Assembly: GCA_964016885.1 (NCBI GenBank)
Contig: OZ024743.1
Location: 37,386,001 to 37,450,000, forward strand
Source: Eledone cirrhosa
Lineage: Eukaryota
DNA length: 64,000 nt
Direction of reading: 5' to 3'
The notes beneath the pieces are model-generated. The model was not told the origin of the DNA. It did no database searches and saw nothing but the letters and a program-made list of their open reading frames with translations. Shown here piece by piece: positions 15,142 to 28,321 of the stretch. A program made the position numbers and the translations under genes. How positions within the stretch are numbered: position 1 is the first letter of the stretch; every line of letters begins with the position of its first letter.

Positions 15142-15821
15142 AAGAAGCAACCGCAAGGGTTCCGTCATGCCTAATTGTATAATTATATAATCATATAATT
15201 CCATCAGAAGTAAAGAAACCAACGAATTAAACGTCGAATCTGTTGGCAAACTCATTAGAATGAATTTAATATATCATTCCCTTTTTAGGAGAGTAGCATA
15301 TTCGGCAAGTCAGATATGGCTGTTATTTCTAGCACATCGAGTCGAGTTATCAGCTGAAGGGTCTGTAAGTTGGAGGAGGTCACGACAGTACATGTGTGTT
15401 TTTTTCAAAAGCTATTATAAATGTGTTAGCTTATACCCCACCCGCTCAAGATTATATTCAGCTTATTTCTGCAATACTCTTCAATAATGCTATATTTCTT
15501 TATTGGCAATTTTAACAGTTTCTTTCAGGGTACATAAAATATTAATGTGGTCTTCAAAGTAAATAGACGTAGATATGAAAATATGCCAAAAAGAAAAACA
15601 ACAACAACAACAAAAAGGCAATAGCTAAAAACACACACACACAAAAAAAAAATCACACTAACGTATATATCGAGGTGACGATGTAAAACATTAAGGTTTG
15701 CTTCATAAAATTGAACAAGGTTGTAAGGATGTAAATCTAAATGTAGAAAATTCATATTGTTTCAAAGTAAATGAAAAAAATTGTGATAATAATTATGATT
15801 TCTTTTATTTGTCATAATAAT

Positions 15822-16045
15822 AATGGTTTCTAATTTAGGCACAAGGCCAGCAATTTTGGGGGAGGCGGGGGAGGGGAAATTGACCCCAGTGCATTATTAC
15901 TGGTGCTTTATTTTATCGACCCCGTAAGGATGAAAAGCAAAGCTAACCTCTGCTGGATTTGAACTCAGAATCTAAAGGGCCGTAACTCTATGCCGAGAAG
16001 CAAGGTATCCGACGCTCTACCGATACTGCCAAATCCACCGCCCTT
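15822..16045 (-). mobile_element. SINE A
   Basis: Reverse complement of head, central domain and (ATT)n tail. Confidence 0.8.
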
Positions 16046-16054
16046 ATGATAGTA

Positions 16055-16830
16055 GTGCCAAATTTCTGGTTATCTTTTCTAACTTCTACCCATATGTTGG
16101 TAAATTGTTATAACGAAATTATGGACAATCCTGAAAAAATTCCTGATTCGTTTGTACAAGGTATAACATGTATCTCGCCAAAATCGATAGAAACAAATAA
16201 TCCAAAACAATATTGCCCTAGCTTGCTGTCCCACATGATACAATATTCTCACCTCAACCTTGACTGACACAATCTATAAACAGAAAGGTTGTTGCCGTGC
16301 GTTTTAAGGGTGGAAAGACCAACTTCTCATTAAAAATAATATACTGGAAAACTGTCATAAAAAGTTTAGAAATCTGAGTACTGCTTCGATTGATCATAAT
16401 AAAGCAATTGTCAGTGTTCCCCATGCATGGATTTTGAAAACTTTGGATCTTCTGAACTTTTTCCCAGTAATATCACACTTCATAAAATGCAACATGTCTG
16501 TATGGAATACAAACCTAACATTGTCACACAGTGATGGAGCTATAAATTCCAACAGCATGAGTATTAACTATGGTATTTTTCAAGGTGCTTTGCTTTCTCC
16601 TCTGATATTTTGCATTGCACTCACACTGCTCTCTTTAGCTCTGAATGAAACAGATTATTGTTACAAAATAGATAATATAACCATAAATCACCTGTTTTAT
16701 ATGAATGATTTGAAGCAGTATGCTGAAGACAGTCAAAGTGTTCAGCGATGATGTGGAAAAGCAACATTCAAGGAAGACAGAATGAAAAGCAGAAACTCAA
16801 TGGAAATAAATGTGAATGCAGTAATCTCGT
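16055..16830 (+). pseudogene. Decayed R4/Dong-type RT fragment
   Basis: YNEIMDNPEKIPDSFVQGIT..NNPKQY and GIFQGALLSPLIFCIAL..INHLFYMNDLK align by eye to the 36-40 kb element. Confidence 0.8.
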
Positions 16831-17550
16831 TACTCTGTAAGGGTTTCAGGGAGTGAGATTTTGTTTCTTCTGTAGCAAATCTCACCTCAACTGTGCCAAA
16901 CCCCTACCCCTTTGTATGAAAGTGTGTTGGTTCCATAAGGAACCTACAGCTCTCTGTACTTGAGTTTCCGTTGCTCTTTCTACCTTCCTAGTTTTTAATC
17001 CAATAATGCAATACCTATCGTAATTTGGGTAGTTTTGCTAGGGATGTTCAGATTGACAATGTGACTGTCTCTTGCTTGTTTTACTTCTTCGGAGAACGTG
17101 ATTTTCGAGAAAGAAGTTTTTATGGCACTAGCGAAAGATAATTTCCTTTTGGTAGTGCTGGCATTATTTGCTGGTTTTCAGGTTGACTTGTTATTGCTGC
17201 TGTTATTGTTGTTATTATAGTTGTTGTCGATGCTGTCATTGTTTTCGTTGTTATTGTCTTTCTCGATTTTATCGCTGTTGTTATAATCTCTACAGTTGTT
17301 TCTCGTGTACTTTTCATTTTTATCGTTGTTGTTTTCATTGTTGCTGTTGTTGTGATTGTTGGTGTTTTCATTGTAGTTATTCTTGTTGGATGTGTTTGCA
17401 ATATTATTCTGTGTGTTAAAACAATATTATTTGAAATAAGATGGTTTTGTTTTCTTTTTTAGTTCGTCTCCATTATAGAGACGCTGTCTTCCTCAGTCAT
17501 CGCTTCAGCTGGTGTTACCGACCCCCCTCTCTCTCTCTCCCTCTCTCTCG

Positions 17551-17583
<33 letters not shown>

Positions 17584-17586
17584 TCT

Positions 17587-17660
<74 letters not shown>

Positions 17661-17666
<6 letters not shown>

Positions 17667-18120
17667 ATTAAATAAATGGAAAACTATATTTATAAAACCA
17701 TATTTATTTCATTATATATATTTCGGGGATATCATATTAACAATATGCTATGCCTTCATCAGACAAAATGCAATATAAACAGTTTTATAGATAAATATAT
17801 TCGACATACCGTAATAAACATCAACTTCATTTGAAGAGGTTTACGCTAGCGTAAACCTCTTCAAATGAAGTTGATGTTTATTACGGTATGTCGAATATAT
17901 TTATCTATAAAACTGTTTATATTGCATTTTGTCTGATGAAGGCATAGCATATTGTTAATATGATATCCCCGAAATATATATAATGAAATAAATATGGTTT
18001 TATAAATATAGTTTTCCATTTATTTAATATTGTAAATATACTCCAAATATTTGTCGAGTGCTTTTATATCAGTTATAAATATTTACTAGTTGTAACCCAA
18101 CAATTTTAAATATAACTTTA
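17661..18120 (+). mobile_element. 374-bp palindrome with no spacer plus ~86-bp tail, carrying a hammerhead core (PLE pseudo-LTR fold-back)
   Basis: Arms 17661-17847 and 17848-18034, centre cgct|agcg; CTGATGA at 17933 and GAAA at 17971; tail contains TCGAGTGC; (TA)n on both sides. Confidence 0.85.
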
Positions 18121-18141
18121 CATATATATATATATATATAT

Positions 18142-18266
18142 ATATTGTTATACTTTGGGAGGGTCATGTTGCCAATTATTGGCAACATGACCCTCCCAAA
18201 GTATAACAATATCGGTTTCAACACACGATTTCAGATAAAGAATCTTGCTAAACAAATTCAGAAACG

Positions 18267-18270
<4 letters not shown>
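18142..18270 (+). mobile_element. Fold-back mini-element, family B (35-bp arms plus tail)
   Basis: atattgttatactttgggagggtcatgttgccaat-t-reverse complement, then tail cggtttcaacacacg...gaaacgaaa; embedded in (TA)n. Confidence 0.8.
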
Positions 18271-18325
<55 letters not shown>

Positions 18326-18607
18326 TCTCTCTGAGATCTTTCGCTGTGTTGTTTATGTCCGGTAACAGAATCCATATTTATACATTATTGTGAAAAATAT
18401 TATTTTTCAAACTTAACAAAGCCGCCGCCCTCATCGGAGTGTCGCATTAACACGACAGAGCCGCAAGTGAGAAGCGGGTCAGTTTTTCCAAACGATTAAG
18501 TCTCAAATTCGGACAAAAGGCTAGAGGCGGTCAAAATAAACCAAAAACAATAGAAACGTTACGAAACCGATGTGAAGTGTGGCTTCTACCTCAGTAGACA
18601 ATAATTA

Positions 18608-18965
18608 TAACATTGATTTCCAGTATAGGCACAAGGCCAGTAATTTGGAGGAGGGGAAAGTCGATTAAATCGACACCAGTGCGTGACTGGTACTTTATTT
18701 TATCGACCCCATAAGGATGAAAGGTAAAGCTAAACTTGGTGGGATTTGAACTCAGAACGTAAAGAGCCGTAACGCTATGCCACGAAGCAGGGTGTCCGAC
18801 GGTCTACCGATACTGCCAGTCCACCACCCTTTCAATGGATTCTGATTTAGGCACAAAGCCAACAATTTTAGGGGAGGGGAAAGTTAAGGAAATCGACCCC
18901 AGTGCGTTACTCGTACTTTATTTTATTGAGCCTGTAAGAATGAAAAACAAAGGTAACCTCGGCGG
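18608..18965 (-). mobile_element. SINE A copies (one full, one partial)
   Basis: Homology to family A. Confidence 0.8.
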
Positions 18966-19372
18966 AATAATAATAAGAAGAATAGGGCAAATTAGAAAAA
19001 AATCTGCAGGTGCTATCTTAAAGATACCGTCAAAATTAAGGTTGTATTAATTTCGCTGTAGATAAATTAAAGTACCAATCAAGGGTCGGTGGAATTACAG
19101 AATTTTTTAAGTGTCCGATAGGATACTTTGCGGTATCTCTTTAGGTGTTTTACATTCTGAGTTCAAATCCCGCCTTTGCTCACCGGAAAACCTGTGACAC
19201 ATCTACAAAAAAGCATCAGCAAACATGATCAGCAATGGAATGAACGATAGAAACTTTATTTTCTTTTAGAATCAAACTGAGTGAACCGGAAAATGTGGAA
19301 TAAAATGCATTCTTTAAGGGTATGAGAATCGAACAGAAGAAAACTGTGCCCCACCTAGCCAAGACAACACTG

Positions 19373-19587
19373 TGGGACATCCTTTAAATTGACTCGTTTT
19401 ATAGTTACTTTTACTGACGTGTCACATGGAATCACATCATCTTTCATAGTGAGGGAATTTGCTATCTATCCTACGTAGCAAACTATTTATGTCATACACA
19501 CAGCTTATACGGTCGTGTGGTGAGGATATCCGTTAAACAATATATATATATAAAAGAAAATGAGTTTTTTTTTTAAAGGATGTCCCA
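19373..19587. mobile_element. MITE-like element with ~17-bp inverted repeats
   Basis: gtgggacatcctttaaa ... tttaaaggatgtcccac. Confidence 0.5.
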
Positions 19588-19589
19588 CC

Positions 19590-19742
19590 CAGGTGAAATT
19601 ATAAGGAGAAGAAATTGAAAATACAACTGGAGCCTTTTAAGAATATTTATTTATTTACTTTACCGGTTTCACAGTTCTTATGATTTTCAAAATTAAAATT
19701 GAGATGGAAGGTTTGTGATTCTGTTGTGGCTGCATACAAAAA

Positions 19743-19745
<3 letters not shown>
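19590..19745 (-). mobile_element. Pseudo-LTR-like repeat with a degenerate U3-A8 hammerhead core; homolog of 25580-25785
   Basis: Minus strand reads TTGAAAA-tcataagaactgt-GAAA-CCGG-TA; shares aactggag and ttgagatgga blocks with the 25.6 kb copy. Confidence 0.55.
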
Positions 19746-19784
<39 letters not shown>

Positions 19785-19792
<8 letters not shown>

Positions 19793-20140
19793 AGTTTTTT
19801 TTGTAAGAAACGTGTGTTTTGAGCAGATATTGTTATAGTTTGGGAGTGTTATGTTGACTTGTTGGTTTTCATTTCAATTTATTAGAAATTTCCAGTTGGT
19901 TGGTTTATTGTCAAAGCTATTTTGTCACATATTCTGTTACCTCTTCAGTGATTAATTTCTTCTGTATCTCTCCTACGTTCTGTCCTACGCCTTGTTTGTG
20001 TGACGAAAGTGCGTTGACAATAAATAAACAACCGTTCCGTTATTGAACCAACCAACTGAAAATTTGCAATAAATTGAAGCGAAAACCAACAAATGCGTGT
20101 GTTTCTATTGGCAGTATGACCCACCCAAAGTATAATAGTA
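19785..20140 (-). mobile_element. Family B fold-back element (diverged)
   Basis: atattgttatagtttgggagtg ... atgacccacccaaagtataatagta; flanked by (TA)n; internal homology to 62717-63215. Confidence 0.7.
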
Positions 20141-20230
20141 TATATATATACATACATTTCTTCATATATACCCAGACAGAAGTTAGACAAAGAAAGAGAG
20201 AGTGTGAGCGAGAAAGAGAGAGAAAGAGAA

Positions 20231-20280
<50 letters not shown>

Positions 20281-21369
20281 GTAATGAGTGAGAGAACCAT
20301 ATCAATAGACTAATCTGTTTAACCAAAATATTCATCTTCTCGCGTGATTTGTTTAACATACATTCCAATACTCCTTTTATTTTATTTAATAATATAGAAT
20401 AACAATAACAACCTGGAAGGATATGATTGGTTTTAGTTAAGGGTGCTTTTTGAATGGAACTTTCCAGAATTATAACCGGAAAAAGATAGAATGTTAGAAA
20501 AAAAAGAAACAAAAAATAGTAGTCAAAAACCAAACAAAGAACGTAATAAACATGTGAATAGGACATGGAAGTTTTAGTTAATTAGAAATAAATCATTGGT
20601 GATACATTTTCGATATTCTTCACATTCTTTAGAGTAGGAAAAATACACACATACACTCACAGAAATAAATATATAATGAACAATAACAAAACAAGAAAGC
20701 ACGCACACAAACACTCACAAATCGATATAAAGTATCGTGTACTATTTTTTTTTCATTTATATTATTTTTCTTTTCGCTCTCGTCTGCAATTTTGGTGTAT
20801 AAATCGATGATATCTTAGTCTTTCTTCTGTTTTCCATGTGATTGATCGTATAGGGTCAAATACTTCCCTTGACCGCTTCACTGAGCACAGTTAAAGTTAT
20901 ACACCGTTCAGCAACAAGAACAAAAAATGGCGGTTTTTGCGCCCTGACCTGTTCTTTCCTTTCATCCGTGTTTACAACGTTCTGAAGCGATTCAAGATGA
21001 ATTTATCGTTATATATATGCACATATATATATACACACAAACACAGACATACATATATATATACGTATATATATATAGATATATCATTATTATTATTATT
21101 AACATTATTTTATACTTACTACACACACAAACACAGACACGACTAAATATATGGTATTTTTTATATACGTATTTGTTAATGATTTTCTTATGCAGTTCAA
21201 AACAGAAATTTATGGTTTCCTATATTCTGTTTATGGTTTGTTACGTGGTTCAAGACAAATATATTGTTTTATTGTCATAATGTCCATATAATCTACTTTC
21301 AATTTATCATTTAGATTGTCACTTTGTTGTTTTACTGTATCATTCCGCAGTAAGTAATGCATACATAGC

Positions 21370-21427
<58 letters not shown>

Positions 21428-21496
21428 ATGTATGTATGTGCGTGTGTGTGTGTGTGTGTGTGCTTGTTTATACATATGTATAAATATATATATGTA

Positions 21497-21535
<39 letters not shown>

Positions 21536-21559
21536 ACATATATACAGACAGACACACAA

Positions 21560-21592
<33 letters not shown>

Positions 21593-21595
21593 CAT

Positions 21596-21640
<45 letters not shown>

Positions 21641-21814
21641 CACTATATATATATCTATTATTATATATATATGTCTATAATATATATATATACACTATAT
21701 ATACGTATCTATTATTTTATGCGTGTTTGCGTATACGTTATGTATATGTGTATATTTATATGTATATTTATATGCATGAATGTATATACAAATCTAAAAT
21801 ACTTATGCATATAG

Positions 21815-21848
<34 letters not shown>

Positions 21849-22479
21849 CATAAATAACATGCGCACATATATATATACTATATACACAAGTGTATGTGTA
21901 CGTTCGTGTAAATGTGTATGTACATGGAACCGTGTGTGTGTGGGTGATTTACATAGATATGCCAATTCCTTCATAATTCACCAGTTTAACCCTGTCTCCC
22001 AGACTTATAATCAGTTTGCCCAAGGTTTCACTACTGTTTCAGAAAACATTCTTTGTCAGTGTTTTAACACATGACATCACACGACTACCCTCCAAAACAC
22101 ACGCGTACGCTATTTCTTCTTCTTCTTCTTCTTCTTCTTCTTCTTCTTCTTCTTCTTCTTCTTCTTCTTCTTCTTCTTCTGCATCATTGTATTTCGAGTT
22201 ATTGTATGTTTTCTTCCCCATCCTCCTCCTTTTGCTGTCATATCAATAACATCCAAATGTTAAAACTATGCAATTCTGTAGCTATCAGTGAATGACTTCG
22301 CCAGTAGTTCGATATCTTTACTCTATTGATTATAGATATGGTACGGTATGGTCCCGTAATTCTTGAGGGAGTCATAGGGAAGCCGTAATGATATATGCTG
22401 TTTCTTGGTCGCTTTAAGCCTGGTGGAGCTCATCTCTCTCTAGGCCTGAGTACAGCAGATAGAAAGTGACAGGCAGGGA

Positions 22480-22853
22480 ATGAGAGAGATTTATAGAGGA
22501 AATATCGACCCCAGTATTAGACTTGAACTTTTTTATCGACCTCGAATGGATGAAAGGGAAAGTTGATCTCAACGAAATTTGAACTCCCAATACTACCCAC
22601 CACTCTATCTGACGTTCTAACAACTTTGTCAATTCGCCGCCTCATTATAGTTATACTTTTCTGATGGTGGATTGACAGTATCGGTAGAGGGTCGGACGCC
22701 ATGCTTTGCAGCACAGAGTTATGGCCCTTTATGATCTGAGTTCAAATCCCGTCGAGGTTAACTTTGCCTTTCATCGTTACGGGGTCGATAAAATAAAGTA
22801 CCAGTAATACACTGGGATAATTGCTGGCCTTGTGCCAAAAGTAGAAACAATTA
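22480..22853. mobile_element. Head-to-head pair of SINE A copies
   Basis: Minus copy ~22480-22642 and plus copy ~22666-22853. Confidence 0.8.
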
Positions 22854-23589
22854 TACTTATACTTTTCTATAAAGATACACACAAATCATCGTATTAGAGG
22901 AAAAGGAAAATAACTGCAAGCTTAGCTATTACATTAAGGTATGGCCATTACTTCCACGATTACGACCACAATTCAACGTCCAGCTTGTGAAATAACGCAT
23001 GACTGGTTGCGTATTCCATTCAAACATGTAATTCCCAAGCGGAGTCAGTCTAACACAATACGTGATATGCCTGGAATTTTAAATTAGATTTACAGTAAAT
23101 CCGACGTGGTTCTGTACAGACTATATTAGATCTTGCGTTGGTTTCAAGGATTCGCTTTTAGTCGTTCCATCTTCTGAAATAACGCGTATCTGGTTGAGTA
23201 CTCCGCAGAAATATCTACTCTAAATGTTTTCCAGCGAAATTAGTGAGATACTATATGTGACAAGGTTGAATCATTGGGTTTCAGATACAGTTTTCCGACG
23301 GGCTTTCACACATTTTCCGTCAACTCACATTTCACACAAAACCATGAACCGAATTGAGACTATGGTAAAGACATTTGTACCCCCCCCCCCCACCAAGTCA
23401 CTTGAGCCCAGAAACTCATGATTGCAAAACAAATATCTTAACTACTCAGCTTGTCTGCGCTCATACAGCATGGAAATAAATTATATAGAGGTAGAACAGC
23501 GTTGATTGATCCACTCAATCTTTAACATCTTTATTCTAAATAGATGTAGTAAAAGTGGTTAAAGGTCATACTGTGATACATCCCTCTCG

Positions 23590-25255
23590 TTCAGGGACTC
23601 CCTCACTCTTACACAGACGTTGCAGTAGGTGTTACGGTCCTGTTTTGGTGCGCTTTCAAATGACATTTCAGTCCACCACCTGAGTCACAGTCTTTTCCAC
23701 ACTCTCCACAAACAGAAATGCTATACAATGCACAATTTACTGTGCCCCAGTGTACCTGATTTCCAAGGCTCCTTTTACTTAGACATAACCGGCCACATTC
23801 TTTACAGGTTAAATCAACTTGCATGCCAAGATACTTAGACAAACCAGACTCAAGGTCCTTACGAGCACACCGCTTGAGCTGTACATGCTCAACACGGTTT
23901 ATTTCAAATTCTCCCTTCCCATCATGCACTGCCTTTCTCCAGGAACGTCGATACAGAACGATGTTTTCCCAATAATTCTCCGATATTTCCATCGTCCTCA
24001 GTGTGATTTTAATGCAATCCCTGTACCTCAAATTTGTTTTGTGCGCCGGTCGCTTACCTTCGACCAGCTCACCATACAGGAACTGCCTAGGGATGTGATA
24101 ATCATCCATTCTCACTACATGACCACAGCATCTTAATCGATGTTAAAATATGAGAGACTCTATACTGGTGACCGCCTGCATTCAAGGACTTCAGTGTCAT
24201 TCATGTACATTTTCCACTGGATGCCTTGTATACGCCGAATACACTGTTGGTGAAAATGTTCCAACCTTTTGAGGTGCCTTCGGTAAGTGACCCAAGTCTT
24301 AGATGTATACAATAAGAGGACATAACACAAGCATTATACACTTTTAAATTTGCTGAGACCATAGACGTCCATCCAGTCTTCCAAATGCATCACTTACCTT
24401 CTGGATTCGGAGACAGATTTCTTCATTCAGAGTATTGGTCATGTTCACAGTGCTGCCTAGACATACAAACTTATTCACGAATTTTAATTTCTGGCCATAG
24501 ACATATATGTTTGGTGTAGCATAAGCTTTGTCTGGTGCAGGTTGGTATAACACAACAGTCTTTTTCAGACTGATTGTTAGGCCCAAAGTACTGCCTGTTT
24601 TCGAAAAAAAAAAAAAAAAATCCATGAGATGTTGCATGTCACTCTCGGAATGAGCGACAAGACCACAGTAATCAGCATACAGGAATTCGCGTATCAGCGT
24701 TGTAAATATCTTCGATCTGCAAACCTTCTGACATTGAGCATTTTACTTGTTGTTAGATATCTAATGTAGACCCCATGTGAGCAACCTTCAAAAGCCAACA
24801 AGAAAACTATAGCAATGTAAAACGCAAACAGTATCGGTGCCGGAATGTATCCTTTCGTAACACCATTTCAACCACAATGGGAGCAGAGAGCTTACCACCC
24901 ACATTAACACTTGTCTTCATTCCATTATGGAAACCTCTCAACGCAGCGAAACATTTATCAGGACACCCGAGCTTCCTGGGAAATCTCCACAGGGTAATTC
25001 TGTTGACTTTATCAAAAGCCTTTGTCAGATAGATAAATACTAGATACAGTTTCAGCCTCTGTTCAATGCATTTCTCTTGGAGCTCTCTCACCGTAAAGAT
25101 CATGTCTGTTGTCCCCTACCATTTTTAATGCCACACTGAGATTCAGGAAGGATTTCATCAGCGATGTTGTCAAGAAACATGGCCAGTATGATCCTACATA
25201 AGAATAGATATCTCACGGTAATTGGTACAGTCGTCCCTTTCACCTTTGCCTTTAT
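23590..25255 (-). mobile_element. Decayed RTE-clade LINE (RT plus C-terminal C2H2-like fingers)
   Basis: MIFTVRELQEKCIEQ..TKAFDKVNR, GLTISLKKT and RMDDYHIPRQFLYGEL..GKR are RTE RT motifs; C-terminal CGECGKDC..LKCHLKAH; many frameshifts. Confidence 0.9.
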
Positions 25256-25345
25256 CGAGAACCACCATTAGTGCATATTTCCAGTCATGTGGGACACTCT
25301 CCACAACACAAACCTTTTGTATTAAGTTCTTTCTTTCTTTCCTTC

Positions 25346-25450
<105 letters not shown>

Positions 25451-25482
25451 CTCTCTCTCTCTCTCACACACAGACACACACA

Positions 25483-25579
<97 letters not shown>

Positions 25580-25580
<1 letters not shown>

Positions 25581-25783
25581 GTGAGGTTTTATTACAAAAT
25601 GAAAAATAACCGAGGTGCCCTACACGAGTGAAAGTATAAAGAAAAAAAGATGAAATCAAAAATGGAACTGGAGTCTTATTTTAAAAAAAATATATATATT
25701 TATTTGGTTCCTTTACCTGTTTCGCAGTTCTTCTGCTTTTCAAAAGTAGAGTTGAGATGGAGGGTCTGTGCTTTTTCTCACAT

Positions 25784-25785
<2 letters not shown>
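25580..25785 (-). ncRNA. Pseudo-LTR-like repeat with a U3-A8 hammerhead core
   Basis: Minus strand ~25747-25710 reads TTGAAAA-GCAG-aagaa-CTGC-GAAA-CAGG-TA; (TA)n on both sides. Confidence 0.55.
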
Positions 25786-25850
<65 letters not shown>

Positions 25851-25855
<5 letters not shown>

Positions 25856-26042
25856 AACAAGTAAGACCCCGACGGCTGAGCTCAAGCCGTTTCGACGGCT
25901 AATTCTGGACAGAATTAGCCGTCGAAACGGCTTGAGCTCAGCCGTCGGGGTCTTACTTGTTCCTATTACCCACTCTACTACCCTAAGTATTGAGTACTTT
26001 GGTGCGTTATGGTCCACCTGGTTCCTTACCACATTTCCTTCG

Positions 26043-26044
<2 letters not shown>
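25851..26044 (+). mobile_element. Fold-back mini-element (57-bp arms, 2-nt loop) plus tail
   Basis: Arms 25851-25907 and 25910-25966; the ATTGAGTAC tail recurs at ~5705-5755 and ~46765-46850. Confidence 0.85.
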
Positions 26045-26083
<39 letters not shown>

Positions 26084-26104
26084 AGTGAAATGACAGGAGG
26101 CCAA

Positions 26105-26384
26105 ATATGTTGAGTTTCCTTAATTATTTATTTCTGCAAACTCTATGCACATTTCAGCGAGGCATTGCAACATACTGCTTCGTTCGTCTCTGGGTCAAAA
26201 ACATAAACACACTTCTTTCTTCTCTGTTTTTTCTTTGCTTGTTTCCTTAAAGTTTACCATCATTCCGTTGGTATACATCTATTACGCAATTTACACCCGA
26301 AGATGTCACCGGGTTCTTACGCAACCTAGCCACTGAAATGTGCATAGTCTTTGCAGGAATAAATAATTAAGGAAATTCAACATA
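26105..26384. mobile_element. MITE-like element with ~50-bp imperfect inverted repeats
   Basis: tatgttgagtttccttaattattta...tatgcacatttcag / ctgaaatgtgcatag...ataaataattaaggaaattcaacata. Confidence 0.6.
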
Positions 26385-27726
26385 GATACCTTAGATCTAA
26401 ATATCTTAGGTTTAAATATTACATTAAATTTGAATATTCTAAATTTATATATTTCCTCATATTGAAACAATTTAAAATGTCTCACGTATGTTTTAATATC
26501 TTCTTAGGTTTAACCTTCTCGCATATACATGTGTTAGATTAGAATAATTCTCTTGATCTAAATATCTCCTTAGATTTAAACACCTTACAATTGAACAAAG
26601 GAAAGGAGGTGATCGTCAAATCAGACAGATGAAACAATATTTTCATTGTTCTCAACATTTCTGCTACTATTTGTTTGTCACAATTCATGGCAGAAGGAAG
26701 CTGAATATGAAACAACAACGCACAGCACATATCATAACCTACAAAGTATTCAGTACTTTGTCGACATCGAAAGGATGAAAGGATGAAAGGCAAAGTTGAC
26801 ATCGGGGTTTGAAGTTAGAGCATAGTGTACCGAAGCAAATACAGAAGCATTTAATCCCATGGCCTAACGACTCTGCCAATACACCAACTTAAATATCTTA
26901 AATATCTACATAAATATCTACATAATTTTGAATGTCTATTTAAATAACGGAACATTTTATGTGTAACCCAATTTCAATAATTTCTAATTTGTAATACATG
27001 AAATATTTCTTCCGGAAGAAACTCTTAAGAACGTATTAATTGAGCGAAATAAGGGATTGATAGTGCTGTTTCTTCATCCAGTAAATCTCCTTAAGCCTGT
27101 TTAAATCTAGGAATTGCCTGCATAGTGTTAAAATTAACACGATTAGTGCAATGGAAACTCGTAATTTAGCCAATAGATTGGGACAGCTGTGCTCAACACG
27201 TTGTGAAATAAGGTTGCAACCTCTTACTTTCCTGCAACTTTATAAAGACAGATAAGACGGTGAGTCTTGAGCCCGTCAGATAGATGGCTTTGCAATGCTC
27301 GTTCTGTCTTCATACATTGTGTTTGAATTTTTCCGATGTCATCTTTTTCTTTCATCTATTTGAGGTCTATGATAAAAAAAAATGCACCAGTCGACACTGC
27401 CCTCCCCTTTTCTGTGTAAGAAATCAGATCTAGAAAGGGGTGAGCTTCACCAAGTTTAAATGCCGGAGATACATGGCATGTCACGACAGCGCCGCAACAT
27501 GTTCATCAGGAGTTCAAGGCCCATAGCATAGTTGGATGCTGGACTGAACGGATGTACACAGATATCATCAGATTTAGTTACCATCATTGTTATTGTTGTA
27601 GTTATGGTGTGTAGTCATTAATATTGTGTGAGCAATTGATGTCATTGTTGTTGTTGGTGGTGCTGTTAAGACTAGTTGTTGTAGTCACTGTCGATGTTAT
27701 TGTTTTTATTATTGTTGCCGTCATTA

Positions 27727-27932
27727 GGGCGGTGGAGTGGCAGTATCGGTAAAAAGTGGGACACCATGCTTTGCAGCACAGAGTTACTGCCCTTTAAGAT
27801 CTGAGTTCAAATCCTGCCGAGGTTAACTTTGCCTTTCATCCTTACGGGGTCGATAACATAAAGTACCAGTAACATACTGAGGTCGATTTAATCGACTTTC
27901 CCCTAGCCTTGTCCGTATACTAGAAATCAACA
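27727..27932 (+). mobile_element. SINE A
   Basis: A box, B box and central domain. Confidence 0.85.
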
Positions 27933-28066
27933 TTGTCGCCGTCATTCTTGTCATCGTCTTCGTTGTTGTTATTTCTGTATTGTGGTTATTCTTCTTCATA
28001 TTTTTTGTTGTCTAATATAGTGTTTTATAGTATAGGTTGATGTAGTATAATGTGGTATACGGTAAA

Positions 28067-28166
28067 ATAGTATAGTATAGTATAGTATAGTATAGTATAG
28101 TATAGTATAGTATAGTATAGTATAGTATAGTATAGTATAGTATAGTATAGTATAGTATAGTATAGT
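28067..28166. repeat. (ATAGT)n pentanucleotide microsatellite
   Basis: About 20 units, read directly. Confidence 0.95.
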
Positions 28167-28321
28167 TTAGAGTAGTTGTAGTGTAGTTTAGTGTAATTGA
28201 ATTGTATTGTGTAGTGTAGTTTAGTGCAATTGGGTGTAAGGTATTGTGGTGTAAAGTAATATAGTACAGTGTAATGTGGTACAGTGTATTATTGTAGAGT
28301 AGTTTAGTGCCGTGTAGTGTA

